Shown here: positions 29,301-44,300 of the stretch, piece after piece
Position numbering within the stretch: the first letter of the stretch is position 1
How the letters are laid out: each line of letters begins with the position of its first letter
Source of the DNA: a virus
Direction: 5' to 3' (one strand)
Length of the DNA: 64,000 nucleotides
Virus record (IMG/VR): IMGVR_UViG_3300030085_001980
The notes under the pieces: model-generated
The model's input: only the letters and a program-made list of their open reading frames with translations
What the model was told of the DNA's origin: nothing
The model's database searches: none
Made by a program: the position numbers and the translations under genes

Positions 29301-32300
29301 GTCGATATATTCTGCCAAATAGATTCTATTTGAAGTTGTGTTCGGGTGAATCCAGTAAACCTCACGATCAAGTTCTGCAATAGCAGTACCAAGAGATGTG
29401 TACTTAACGCGATCGTATGCTTCAAACGGATGACCAGCTGCCGAGATGTAGTTGCCAGAAGTATTGACAGCAACACCTGCGTCAAATGTCTGCTTCAGAT
29501 ACAGAGTCGGGAAGGTAGATCTCTCAAGAGCAACGAAAATCAGATGGAACAGTTGATTCAGTTTATGAACCGAATATTCAGTTGCACGAAGTTCGCGATC
29601 AGTATATGTGGGTTGGTTTGAATACGTACCAGGATTAGGAGCATCTTGTCGGATGATGTTCTCCATATGAATCCTTATTCTCTGTGCGTGGAAGAGAACA
29701 CGGGTTCTAAAGAGAGTTGGGAAAGCAACGAATTGACCCTCTGAGTCAAACCATCCATTTACGAGTTGCAGAACCTTAGCATTACCATCAGTGATAAAGT
29801 CGTAGACAATAGCATTCAGAATTTCATCTGCAAATGCGATGTCACCACCATAACCAGGATACTGAGTCATTGTCTGCTCAAATGCTTCATATCTGATGTA
29901 TTGATCGTTGTACATCAGAATACGTGCAGTCTGCTTGTACTGCTCAGGACCACTTCCAAGACCTGCGATCAGGACATCGAAGAGGACGTTAGATGCAGAC
30001 GTGACGTTGTAGCACGTACCACCCTTATACTCAGTATTAGTGGTAACTGGGAGTGTTCTAGTAATACCTGCGAGGTGACTACCATTACCCTGAGCGGCAG
30101 TATCAATAGTGTCAATGAGTATATCAAACAGGGTAGTAATCGAAGCAGCTTGCACCGCGCAATTTCCATTACCAGCCTGATCGTACGTGATAGAAATGTC
30201 ACGCTCAACACCACGATCACCAGTCATTGGCCACTCAAGCGGCAGAGTTCTGGTAATACCATCCAGGTAAGTTTGATAGTTAGAAGCAGTAAACAGTCCG
30301 ATCGGAATACTCATCAGAGTGGTGATCGAAGATGCGACCGCAGCACAAGCAGGACTGTTGCTATCAACAGTAATCGTGCTGTCAGTTACCTGAGTGCCGA
30401 GAGTGCTGCTGTTAGTAGTAACAGACTGCTGACGCATTACCTCAATGGCAATGTCGCGTGCCTGCTCGAAGATATACTTGGTTTCAGTTGCAGCAGAAGT
30501 AACGTGTGCAATGGCGTTAGAGTTGCTGATATAGAACTCAGTTGCATACCAAATCTTGTTGTTACCACCGTGCTTCAGGTTGAAGATCAGATCTCTCAGG
30601 ATGTCTTTGATGTCATCGATACAGTTCTGATTACCACCAGGAACAACCAGTGAAGGATATTGGGCAAGACCACGACCCATTGCAGTAGTAGCAATAAAGG
30701 TCCAGTTTGATTCGATCAGATTCGCAGCATCATAGAAGATGTCTTGAGTTGCGTTTTCATAGTACGTATCGCGAGGTGCTGCTTGACCAAGACCTGATTG
30801 AGTGGTGTCCTCATAGGGTACGAAACCAAGTCTATTCTGGATCGCGAGGATCGCCATATCACGTGCCATCTTGAAGGCATACATTGTCTCTCCAGACTGT
30901 TGCTGGACGTGAGACAGTGCCAAATCTTCATTCAGGTACAGTGCAGCAGCATCATAGGTTTCGCTGTTACCACCAAAGCGGATGTCGTGAACAACAGACT
31001 CAAGGATGTCAACGATGTCATCTTCACAGTTAACCTTACCACCAGGAACTCGGAATCCATTGTGTTTGAATGCCGAAGTCTTGGTTGTCAGATCCACTGC
31101 CTCAGCAGCAATATTTCTTGCATTGCGAAGGATGATGTCACCAGAATCCAGATCTCTATCGGTACCAGTGTATGCCTTGGGATCGATAGTTACTGTGTGG
31201 TCTCTGTAGACAACTTCATCAGTCCATTGTGCCTGATAGTAATCAGTTGTATCCGCAGCAACATCATTCGGGTTCTCATTTCTACCGATCAGAAGACCTT
31301 GTACTGCCTTCTCAGAAAGCATCTTGGCATATTCGATAGAATCAAGCATTGCCAGGAGTTCGGTATCAACGTAATTGATATTGGTCTGGTTATCCAGATA
31401 CTTATCAATCATTGCCTGGGTTTCAAAGTTGCCACCAGTTACCAGGTCACCACCAATAGCGGGGAGAATGTGGTCTCTGAGGTCACGTACACACTTGTTT
31501 CTATTGGGGATCTGCAGTTTGCTAACTGTAGAGAATCCAACCAGAATGTTGTACTTGTCTTCGATATACGAAACTGCTTCATCAGCGATAAACGCACGGT
31601 TGAAGTAGATGGCATCAGCACCGTCACGGAAGCGATGACCAGTAGGACCGATGATGTCAAGGAGATCATCAACAGTATTTGTGATGAAGTCTTGGATGTT
31701 CTGTGCTGCAGGAGCAGCGAAGTAATTAGGTACACGTACGCCAGTGGAATATGCACCAGACAAATCAGTTTCGTCTAGAGTAATTACATCGACACAGAGT
31801 TTTGCAACTTCACGCCAAGTGTAGATGGATTGTAGTTGCTCACCACCAATGTGCTGCAAAGCACCAGATCCTTCAATATACGCTCTACCAACAACGGTAG
31901 TGTTGTAGTTACCACCTTGGATAAGATCATCGATGATAGCGGGAAGAATATAAGACTTAGTATCACGAAGACATACATTTTCACCCGCATAAGACATACC
32001 ACCGTCACCTGGGATAACGAAATCAGGATAACGATTTCTCAGGCGACCAACTGCCTCTTCAGCAATCCAGTTGATGTTCTTACGAATAACCTCAGCACAA
32101 TCTCTGAATGCCTGACGACCCAGGTCAACACCTTCAGTAGTCAGTTCAGATCTCCAGAGTTCTACCTCATCAGCAGTTGCAGAAGAAATGGTATGTGTTA
32201 CATACGTAGCGTAGATTGCGTCAGTCTCCATTGCAAACGGTGCTTCACCGTCAAGTGCGAAGGAGGTGTTATCGTCGTCTACGAAGACAGTGGGGGGAGT

Positions 32301-35300
32301 AAACGTAGAAGAGTACGTCGCGATTCCTTTACGGATAATAACGTTCTCCATCCAACCACCGAACGGACTTGCGTTGTTCCAAGCAGCACCAACTTTGATT
32401 ACCTTATCAACACTATAGTCATTAGCGTCAGTGTAGTCGCTACCAACTTGTTGACCACCAACAAACAGTTTGGTTACGTTAGTTGCGCGAGTAAGTGCAA
32501 TGTGATACCAGGTGTTAGCACCTTGATTAAGTGCTGAAGTACCAATGATAACGTCAGCACCTGCGATCGCTAATCTTACACTGTCATTCTGCAGTATCAA
32601 GGTAAGTTGAGAATCAGATCCACTCGAACGGAAGTCGAAGAGAGTCTGTGTTCCAGTCAGTGATGTGGGACGAATCCACAGTTCCAGGGTGTAGTCTCCA
32701 GTACCAAACGTTACGCGATCGGAGGTAGGGTAGGAAACATAAGAACTGGTACCAGAGAATTTCAGTGAAGCGTTGCCAGAAGCATATGTCAATGCATCCT
32801 GGGTAACGTTAGATCTAGTCAGTTTGGAGTTTGTAATATACTCATTTGCCTGCAAGGTGCCAGTAATGTCCTTGGAGTAGATCCACTTGTTACCAGCATT
32901 AGAACCGATAACGTCATAGGTTGCACCAGAGGTAATAGCGGTAATAACATCACCAAAGGCGAAGAATCCACCAGAGGACTTATCCTTATATGCGTGCTTG
33001 GTGCAGCGAAGTGTCTCACCATCTTGGAACGCATATGCTGGTTCGATACGAGGTACGTTACCGATAGCCCACTGATAAGTAGCGGGGTTTGCAGCAGTAG
33101 GATCCTGAAGAGTATCGGTGATAATCTTCATAAAGTTGGTGATAGCAGACACCTGGTTGACACAACCATTGGCGTAACCATCCAGAGCAGTTGTAGGAAC
33201 AGTTCTGGTGTAGGTTGCTTCAAAGTTTGCCAGAGTACCAGGAGATGCAGTAGTGCCAAGTGCGCCAGTAGCAATACCCATCAGGGTAGTGATAGAAGAA
33301 GCAACAGCAATACAAACAGGTGAAGTAGTATCAGCAGTGATTGTGTTGTCAGTTACCTGAACCCAATCGTGTGCGCCTTGCTTAACTATTGCATTGTTTC
33401 TCATCACTTCGATCGCCAGATCGCGTGCCTTGTTGAATGCAGTTACTGTGTCATCTTCATAACCAGCAACGTGAGCACCAACCATATACTTCCTGGTTGC
33501 ATCGTAAACAAAGTTGTTACCACCGTGTGCCAGGTTGTAAGTCATTGCTTCCAGCATATCCACGATGTCAGACAAGCAGTTGTTGTCTCCACCAGGTACG
33601 GTCAAGGAAGGATTGACAGTCTTAGCGTGATGAAGTGCTTCGTGAGCAATAAACCACTTGTTAGCAAGGATCAATGTACGAGCATCAGCGTGACTGTTAT
33701 CTACAACCGCGAACTCTTGAGTGATTTGGTTGTCGATATACTGCGTACGGGTAGTCCACAGTGGAGTATGTGCAATGTTTCTGATTGCTTTAATTGCAAG
33801 GTCACGTGCTTGATTGAAAGCATATACAGTCTGGTTTAGAGCACCATCCAGGTGATAAACCGAATTGCCCTGTACGTAAGTTGCTGCAGCATCCCAAACT
33901 TCAGAGTTGCCATCATATTCCAGTTGATATGCAACAACATTCAGGATGTCAACAATATCATCCTCACAATCACGGTCACCACCAACGGATTGAACCACGA
34001 ATGCAGGGTAGAAGTCCTTCATAATGCCCACTGCTTCTTCAGCAATGAAACGTGCATTCTTACGAATCAGATTAGCAGCATCATATGAACGCTGATCGTC
34101 TACACCTCTGAGAGAAGAGTTATTGAAGTAGATCTTCTTGTTGCGGATGTAGTCACCAGCAGCAAACTGGGAACCTGCCAGGTAGTTATAACGGATTTCC
34201 TGGTTTCTAACCTCTTCAAAGTCGAGGAAGTCTTGGTTGTTTGCAGTTTCACCATCGTACAACTCGGTCGGATTGATGACAGTCTCCGAAATATTGTCGA
34301 GAATGACGTTCGGATACGTGATAGAAGGAACACGCTGGAATACCAGACCAAAGAAAGTGGACGGAGGAGACAAATCGACCGTATCAATGATTTGCTGACT
34401 GACAGAATCCTGATAAGGAGCAATAGCTGACACAGTTGCAGCGATATTTGATCTAGCAGAGTAGATAATATCGTTGAACTTGAGTGCAAAATCACCAGTT
34501 TCGTATGCAGCAGTACCAGAAGTACGTGAAACGAGCAGTTCGTTACTGATTACGCCATTATTGAGGTTATTTTCTTCAATAACAGCAAAATTACCTGCCA
34601 AGTTTTTGATTGTTTCACCTTGTTCAAAGATGGTTTTGCTTGTCAGGTTAGTAACAGCACTCAAAACACCATCAAATCCAGTAGCAGAAGACAGAACATT
34701 GTCATTAATAGCAAATGTGCCTTCAATATTGACCACATCAATGTAATCAGTACCAGAATCAATGACAGTTGCAGTGCCTTCATTCTGCAAAGAACGTACA
34801 ATCTTACCAGCGGGGGGGAAGATGCCTGCAGTTGTGCTAAATGTATAGCGAGTAATCGCCATTTGGGTGTACGTTACCGTACGGAACTTGATTCTAGAAG
34901 GTGCTCTAGGGGGTTCATCAAACACAATGCTGGGTCCAGCAGTTGTAAATGACGTTCCAGGTGCCTGTGCAACACCGTTAATCAGAATAAGCATCTGATC
35001 ATCAGTTGCAGTAACAGATTCGCCTTCAACAGTCAGAGGGAACTGGGTCTTAATACCATTGAAATCGCTATCAATGTTATCCAGTTTCTTAACAATAGAG
35101 GTCAAAATTTCCTCAGAGTTAGTCAGACGCTTCTGTCTGAACAGAACTTCGGTATTGTTGAACTCAGTGTAGATCGGTTGTGCGTTAGCAAACGAGGTGA
35201 TCTTGTTAATATCAGTAGAACTGAAGATGTTGACCTCTTTAACAAGGTCAGAAATGACTTTACGTCCAGAAATATCCTTACCACCACTAAGTGAAAGTTC

Positions 35301-38300
35301 ACCGAACATATTGAAACCAACAGGGTGGTTAGTTTCGAGCAGTGAAGTTCTCCAATCGTTGATAGGAGTCTGAGACTTGACGACGTACGAGAAGTTCTGA
35401 TAGAAGTAGGAGTCTTGAAGCTTCTGGACAATCTCAGAAGGCTTACCCACGTCATCGATAAATTGACCAGTTGTGGTGGTCATAGAGTCGATATTCAACG
35501 TACCACGTGCGATTGAGAGGTTATCGATCAAACCAGATGCACGAGAGACCTGACCAGTAACTCTTTCACCAGGAGTCCAGGTTCCATCATAGTTTTCCAG
35601 TTTCAGGATACGAGGACCAATCTGCCAACCTTCGTTATTAGAAACGTAACCAGTTGCAGTTGCAGTTTCAATACTATTACCTTGATAGACCAGTTCGCCC
35701 TTCAGGAAGCGTGAGGTCTCAACGATTGCTTCAGCAACACCACCAAACACTTCAGTAAGAAGGATTTGACGACCTTCACCCTGCGTCAAGAATGTAATGA
35801 AGTTACCAGACTCAGCATCAACCTGAGTCAGTGCAATTCTCAACTGATCAGGTTCCAGAGAGTTTGCAGAACCTGCAATAGCATAGTACGTAGTGTTTGC
35901 ATTCAAACTGACCAAACCAGCAGAACTCGGTTTCGGCAGAATACCAACCGTAGAACCAAGATCTTCTGCTCTCAACTGAACAGCAGCACCAGTCGTGATA
36001 CCGTGCGGGAAGTTGAACTGCAGATAACCCAAGTCGAGGTTAACAACGTAGTTGAATTCGGACTTCAGGGTGACAGTCGGTTCAGAAGAGTAACCAGAAC
36101 CAGGGTTCTTGATGATAACTTCAGAAAGTCTGTTGTTCTTGACGATTGCTTCTGCTTCAGCACCAGTACCGCCACCACCTTCAATCACAACTCTAGGAAC
36201 AGAGGTGTAACCAGAACCAGGATCAGTGATCTTGATCTCTGACAAAATAGCGGTGTTAAACAGCTGGAGGTTTACAGGGAATGTAATTTCGGGTCTCAGA
36301 GTATAATCGTGAGAATAACCGAAACCAAATTCGTTGTTCTTCAGTTTCTTAATCTTACCGATGCTCTTACCTTGCAGGAAGACAGCAGCGCCTGAACCTT
36401 CATCAGGGATAACAACCTCAAGTGCTGCACCAGAACCAGCAAGCAGAGGTCCAAGGATGCCAGGAATAGCATCAACATCAATAGATGCAGTCTTATATCC
36501 TTTACCAGCAGATGTCAGAACGACATTTGTAATAGTTCCAAGCAATTCACCATCATCAGCAACTGTGATGTTACACAGAGCACCTTCACCGTCGCCCTCA
36601 ATAGGTACGTTGTAGTAGATGCCATTTACATATTCAGTACCGCCAGATGTGATACGGATTTTTTCAATCTCTCTATTGGATGCAATATCGGTAACGATAG
36701 GCAGTTTCTGATAGAATCCACCTGGGTTAACCAGTTTGATGTCAGAGATAGGTCCGATTGCCTTAGTAGAAGTCGTAGAGTACGACGCTCTGGTAAGACC
36801 CGTTTCAGTTTGACCCAAAGGTGCAGTGGATTTCTCAGGTTCGCTGCTCAACTCGAAGTTGAATTGAGTATCACTGAGGATTTCATTAATAGTGTACGTT
36901 CCCTTATATGGAGTCTGGATAACGTCAATAAACGAATCATCGCTAACAGGTGAGTTATCAGGGCTAGTTCTGGAAGGATCGAAGTAGTAGGAGATGTTAG
37001 TAACATCTTCGTTAACGATAAACTTGACCAGAGGTTTAGGTGATGTCTGATCAGTCAGTCCAGGAATACCTTCTCTAACAATGTTAACGAACGGATATTC
37101 CAGTTTGTACTGGTTATCCTTCGAGAAGGACATAAAGTATCCAAGGTTAGAAACATCATCCAAGTCAAAGATATATTGATGACCACGTACAAACAGAAGT
37201 TTGGGGTGCTTAGCGTAGATGTTTACACTACCAATAGTATTTTGTAAGAATGCAGGATCCTGTACAGCAACAGATCTCAATTTGTACGTAAACTCTCTAC
37301 TATTAAAGATTTCTTGAACAAAGAATGATCCAGCGTACTCATTTGTTGAGAATCCTTCAACAAAGATGATTTCATTGACTTCAAAGTTGTTCTTACTGCT
37401 AGAGGCACAGTAAACAAGATCAGTGTATGACAAAGCACCACTAGGAATAACATCCTTATCAAGATTAGATGTCAAGGTAAACTTCTTAACACCAACCAGA
37501 CCAGCAAATGTCGCAATCTTGTGGGTAGCATCAAATGTCAATACGAGACCAACAGCGGCAGCATCAATCGTGTCACCCTTAATATAAACAGAATCTGCGT
37601 AGATCTCATCAATTTTAATGATGTAGTCAGTAGGACTAAACTCTTTCCAAGTTGCATACTGTGCAAGAATGCCACCAGCATACGCAGTGTTATTGATGTC
37701 TACATCAAAGGAACCAGCAATTCTAGTAAACACCCAGTTAACAGAACCGTCAGAAACCGTACCTACATTGTGAGTAGGTGCAGTTACTCCAGACGTACCA
37801 GTGCTAGATGCGGTGTAGATCTTACCATCGTTATAAACCTCATCACCAGTGGTGTATGGGTTGTTATCACCCCACTGAGGAATTGTTGTTTCTACAGTAA
37901 AGACCTGTGCAATCGTATTTTCATCGTTTGCAGTAGACTTCAGTTTTTTCTGGGTATCAAAGTTACCAATGATCTTACCGATTTTTACAGAGTTAGTGCC
38001 AACTTCAACGATGGTTCCATATGCGTTAACAACATCTTGACCGCCAATGGTTTGATATTGTTGCAGGATAGAACCCTTAGTAAACGTTGCAGGTTGATTA
38101 AACGTTACTGTCTTAACAGCATCGATGCTGGTGTACAGAGCGTCTCTCAGATAGAACTTGGGAATAACTTTAGTATCCAAAAGCAATTTCTTACCCAACG
38201 GAGTGGGAACAGTTGCAGTTCTAGTCTCATAAGTCTGCTCAACAGAAGAGAACGAGAAGATACCCTCTACGTTATTGGATACAACATCGCCGTAGTCGAG

Positions 38301-41300
38301 GATTTGGATACCAGCAGGTCCAAGTTCCCAATCAGCAGCAGTGAGAACTTGTGACTGATAAGTGAAATCGTTGATTGTAGATGCAACGATAACCGACATA
38401 CCTTGCTCAACAGTGTTGAGTGCATACGTGCCAGTCTTAGTTTGTTCTCTATCGAGTTTGAAAGTGAATGCGGATACTTCCTTGTTGGAACCAGTTGCTT
38501 GTCCAGGAGTAAAGGTGTCGTCATACTTAACCACCTGAGAGATTGATACGTTATCAACCCAACCACCAAGAGAGGTTGTAACAACGGGTGAAGCAACACC
38601 CAGCATACGTACCTTCTCAAGATTGGTATCGACAGTCGTACTTGTGATGCTGATTTCTTCGTTACCAGCAACATATACCTTATAAACGTAGTTACCAACG
38701 CTAGGAGAGGACTTAACGAAAGCAACGTGTACAAATCCTTGGTTGTTAAACGCTGTCCACATAGCAGTGCTTGCGGAGTAGTACGTATTTGCACCCAACT
38801 CCAATACCAACTTACCAAAGTTGGGACTTGTGGAATCACCATCAACACTCAAAGTTGCATTGGTACCTGTGTTAGGAATAACTTGGAACAGGAGTGGTTT
38901 AGATGCTTGTGCATTGTATTGAGTGGTGCCAATAGCCATCCAAGCTTCGCAAGTCCAATCAGTTGCAACATCAGCAGATCCATAATCAAGCAGGACTGTA
39001 TTTGCAGCAGCAGTTGTTGATGCAGATTGAGCACCATACTTGAACTTAGAAGCGTCTAAGGTGGGAGCAGTACCCCAAGTAACTGTCAGATCATTGTTAT
39101 AAGTCGAATCTGCGCTATCGGTAGTCTCGAAATCAAGGATAGCGATTTCGTTAGTTTCGATCTTGTTACCAACAATGATGGTATCACCAGAGTTATCATT
39201 TGTAATAGATGTTGGTTTGAATCCAATACCCTGATCTTGCTTAACATAAGCAGCAGTCAGTACGTTGTTGGTGTTCCAAGAGACCTTGAAGATAACCGCA
39301 CGGTGATCATTATATGAATACTTAACATATGCACCGACATCAATGTTACCAAAAATATCGAACTTGCAACCAGTCGAGTGAATATCATCAAAAGTTGCAC
39401 CAGTTGGAGCAATAATCTTAGCAACTGAAGGAGTCTTGAGATCATCAGGACTAAACTTCATATAGAGAATACCGACTCTGTTACCACTAGAAACGTTGGT
39501 AGCAGTAGCAGTTACATATCTAGATCCATAATCATCCTGAGTCATCTTAGGATTGGTGAATCTATATGCAGCATTTCCAAATTGACGACTCCACTGAACC
39601 TCAATAGTTGCAGTATCGTAGTACGTTTCACCAATAATGATATTACCAACACCAGCAGGGTCACTTTCACCAACAAATACAGTCTTATCATTACCGATGT
39701 AATGAAGATCAGTTAGTTTCTCAGTGCCACTTGCAGAACAAATCTTACGCTTCTCTTTTACAGAACCATCAAGGTTCAGCAAACCGATCCACATATCATC
39801 TGGACTCGGTGAGTTGGTATCAGTAGTACCACCAACATAAATCTGACCGTCTTCGTCAATAGTGACAGAAGAGATATAGTCACGACGAGTAGCACCAGAA
39901 ATACCAGCAATCTCACGCTGCCATACAGGAACAGCAGTAGGATTGTTCAGACCATCAAAACCAGACCTATACTTAGCAACAACCAAGTCGGGGTTGTGAG
40001 TCAGGTTGGTAGAGTTTGGAATAGTCTCACCAACTACGTAGATATTGTGGGGAGTTGAGTTCTCAATGTAGATTCTATTGAAGATGCACTTCTTATCACC
40101 TGTGGCAGGTGCCAGAGGCAGCATAGTACGTGTCCAAAGCAGTCTTCCATCACTGTTGAACTTGGCAATCAGACCACCAGAGTCTCCACTTACATCATCA
40201 GCGTGACCAACAACATAGAATGTACGGTCATCTGCAATAGCGACATCAACAATCTTACAAACTCTATTTTCGCCACTGCTATTTTCTTTCAGGACTGAGA
40301 GAGCATATTGTGCTTTCTTAAATCTCTGTGGGTGTGAAACACGAATTTCTGGGGCTTCATTTTCGTCATATCCAGAACCAGAGTTGATGATATTGACTTT
40401 CTTAACAGCACCAGATTCTTCTCTCGTAATAGAGAGTGCAAAGTCCTGACCAGAACCACTAACAACCTGGTAAGTCGGAGGAATATCTTCAGAATAACCA
40501 AGACCTTCTTGAGAAACCGTTACTCTCTCCACACCAGAGACGACTTTAACTCTGTACGTCTTATTGGTTTGATCGATAATAGGAATACTATCAACGATAA
40601 TTTCATCACCAGCTCTCAGATCGTGCTCATCAACTGTAGTGATTCTGCCGTAAGGGAGATCATCAATGATGGATGAAGTATATCCAGTGATGTCAATACC
40701 TTTAACAGAATTGACCTTTGCAGATGCACCATAACCACCAGTGCCTTCATCATCAAAGTACAGTTTGTCATTGACTTTATAAGATCTACCAGCATTCTCA
40801 ACCACAAATCCACTAATTTGAGCATCCTCAAACTTAGTAGTAGTGTCAATTTCAATATCAACCTGAGATCTAGTAGAGACACGAGGGTAGTAATCGAAGA
40901 GTTGCAGCACAGGTTCTTCTGAAATCTCAATCATCGCATCGATTTCAGTCTGCTGAATAACTCCGTCTCTATTACTATCTTCGATCTCGAAGATGAAAGT
41001 ATCACCAAACTCAGTTACAAGAGTATCGGTATCTGCATTAGGTTGACGATCAATGTCAATATCAACATCTTGATATGGATCACGGAAACGAACAACATCA
41101 CCAGGAATGTTTGTTTGTACTGCATCCTGTGAATAGTTCCACTTATCAGGTGTGGAATACAGTTGAGGACCACAAACGTACGGGAAGACAGGAAGACCTG
41201 CTTCTGATGCATCAATAGCAACAAAATAAGCGTAAACACCTTCAGGGTATTCTGGTGTCTTACAATATCTACCATTATACTGGTCAAGATCACCCTGCTG

Positions 41301-44300
41301 GAAGACGTACTCGTAGTCTTCAATAAATGAACCAGCTGGTTCAGCTGTTAGCAGAGGACCGTCAGCACGGACAGGGTTGGGGTTGGTATCTTGATCGTAC
41401 AGAAGAACTGGTTTGATTCTGTAAGAAGATACAACTCTCTTGATACCAGAAGACTGGTCAGCAGCATCAATGTAACCATAAGGACCATAGATGGGGTTAC
41501 CATCATATGCCCAACCAATGATTGGAGAGTGTCTGAGACCTGTCTCAAGTTCTCTCAGATTACCAGTTGCAGGATCACGGAAAACATTATCACCAAGAAC
41601 ATACCTAAGTTGCTTGGGATCTGAGAGGTGAGCATACTCACCACCATACTGAGTGTTAAAACCAGCGAACACATAACCACGGGAGGGATCGAAGAGACCA
41701 TCCAGTTCTGTCTGAAGGTTCTTAGTCCACTCAAATACATTTGCGTTGAACACAGCATTCTCACCAATCGCCTCAAGACGAATAGTGGTAGTACCAGTTG
41801 CATAACCAACACCACGGTTTTCAACGGTAACACCGAGAACTTTACCAGCGTCCTCACCAAACTGACCGATAATTGCTTTACCGACAGCACCATAACCTTC
41901 GCCGTTGATAACAACTCTTGGGGGAGAAGTGTATCCGTTACCAGAAGCAATAATAGCGATGGATACAATACGACCATTAATGATGATCGGTTGTGCAACC
42001 GCACCTTCACCAGAGTTCAGTTTGATGTCAGGGGAAGATGTATATCCAGAACCAGATGAAGTAATAGCAATACTTTGAATAGGACCACGTACTTCTGCAG
42101 TTGCAGTTGCACCAGTACCATTACCACCAGAGATAGACACTGTGGGAGAAGAGGTGTATCCCTCACCAGGTGTCTCAACAAGAATCTTACTTACAACACC
42201 ATTGGTAATAACTGCGGTTGCAGTAGCGCCGAAACCGCCGCCACCAACAATAGATACCAGAGGTTGTGTGGTGTATCCTGTACCACCATTAGTAACGTCA
42301 ACAGAGAACAGAGAACCATTAACTGTTACATCTGCAGAAGCACCAGACCCTTCACCACCTGTGATTTCAATGAGTGGTTTATTTGCAGCGTCATAACCAG
42401 TACCAGCATTAGCAATATCGATACTGGTAACACCACCAAATTTAACTTTGGTTTGTGACTTATAAGACCAGGCAGCAACACCGTTAACCCAAGCACCGAT
42501 AGGACCGAAGTTAATATCTTCACGACGAGAGACCGTCTCAACATTCAGAGGGAAACGAGACAGTTTACGCTGGTTACCAGGAAGAAGTGCAGATCCAATA
42601 AACGGACCAACCTTATAGTTGGGAATACCAGTTGTTGCAATATAAGCGTAATCGCTATTAAAGAATGTGTTCTGTACGTTAGTAGTATAATCTTCAATAG
42701 AAGCATTAATACTTTCTACATCAGACTTACCCTTATTCAAGTCAACAGACATCAGGATATTACCCTGAGGTGCGTTAGGAGCAGGAGCAGCAATCTGATA
42801 TGAGAAAATAGTGTCGCTAATACGTGAAGTGACAGCGAACGTACCATTAAAGATCGTTGGGTTTGCACCGTAGATAGTTACGGAGTCACCAACAAGCAAA
42901 CCGTGATTATTTGTTGTATATACAGTTGCAGTTTGATTATTCAGACCACCAGGTTGGATTTCATTAACCTGAATCAGTTTTTTGACGTTATACAACCAAG
43001 AAGTGACCTTTTCATCTGTAGAAGATGAACCAAGAGACGCAACATTCAGTTTATCTGTGGGTAGGTAGTAAGAACCAGTATCATTCAGGACAGTACCAGT
43101 TGCCTCGGCAATACCAAGAATACGCATCTTGACTTCGGTATCAAGATTACGGTTGATATAAACAAAGATGTCAGATTGAATTTCGGAACCAGCATCCCAA
43201 TCTTCAACAACACCGTTCTTAGAACGAGTACACTCGATGAACTGGTTAAGGGATTTCTCTTTATATTGTACGTACTCTTCATCACCGAGGATGATTAGAC
43301 CATTTCTTTCTGGCCAACCAATGGTAGAGTCAACAGTGATGATTGAATCTGTTTGGTTAACTGGTTCTACGAGAGTCGTCTTATAGGGAATCGTGAACTT
43401 ACCCTCAAGAGTTTCCTCGGAAATGGACAGTTCGTAGATAGTTCCTACACCAGTGTTGATAGCAATAACGTTTTCAACCAGGCAGGTTGCGTTTCTAACA
43501 TTAGTATCAACAGCATCCGCGTACTGGAACAACTGTGAGTCAATGATATTGCGGGGATCACCGCTAATCAGTTCAACACGAAGAATCGTCTCAACGCTCC
43601 AAGTTGCGTCAGACGGTTTGATGAGTTCGTCTTTAGGATATGATACGTCAACATCTTCGGAGAACAGGATCTTGAAGAGATACTCTGTTGCAATCTTCGT
43701 ACCCTTGGAGAGGTAGAAGTCTTTAATGGTCTTGATGATCTGCGGAGCATTGACTTTTTTATAGTCAATCGGCGCATTAGGCAAGAATTGATTTACAAAA
43801 CGCTCATACAGGGTACGTGCAAAGAGTGCATCGAGGTTTTCGATGACTGTACCTGCCTCGTGAGAGGATTGGATGCTATCAACTTCCTGAGTGAATACTT
43901 GGTTACCTCTGATGTCGTAGTTAGCAACACCAGATACACCACGCTTACAATTCTTAAATTGTGAAGGCTTATAGTTCTCGCCGTGAGAATGCAGGGTAAA
44001 ACCAGTAATTTCACCAAAACCAACGTCACAAGACGCTGCAGCTGCCTTTGGTTCCGCAATAAAGACTGTAGGAGGTTCAGATTCGGAATATCCATCACCA
44101 AAACTGGTAATATTGATGTCAGTGATCTCTCCGTTGAAGATTGTTGCTACAGCAGTCGCGCCAGTACCACCAATGGGATTACCAGACAGATCTTTGCGAT
44201 TATCGACGATATACACGGAAGGAGCGTCTGTATAACCAGATCCGCCCGTCAAAAGTTCAATATCCGTCAATTTACCGCCAGTTACGGAAACATCGAGGAT

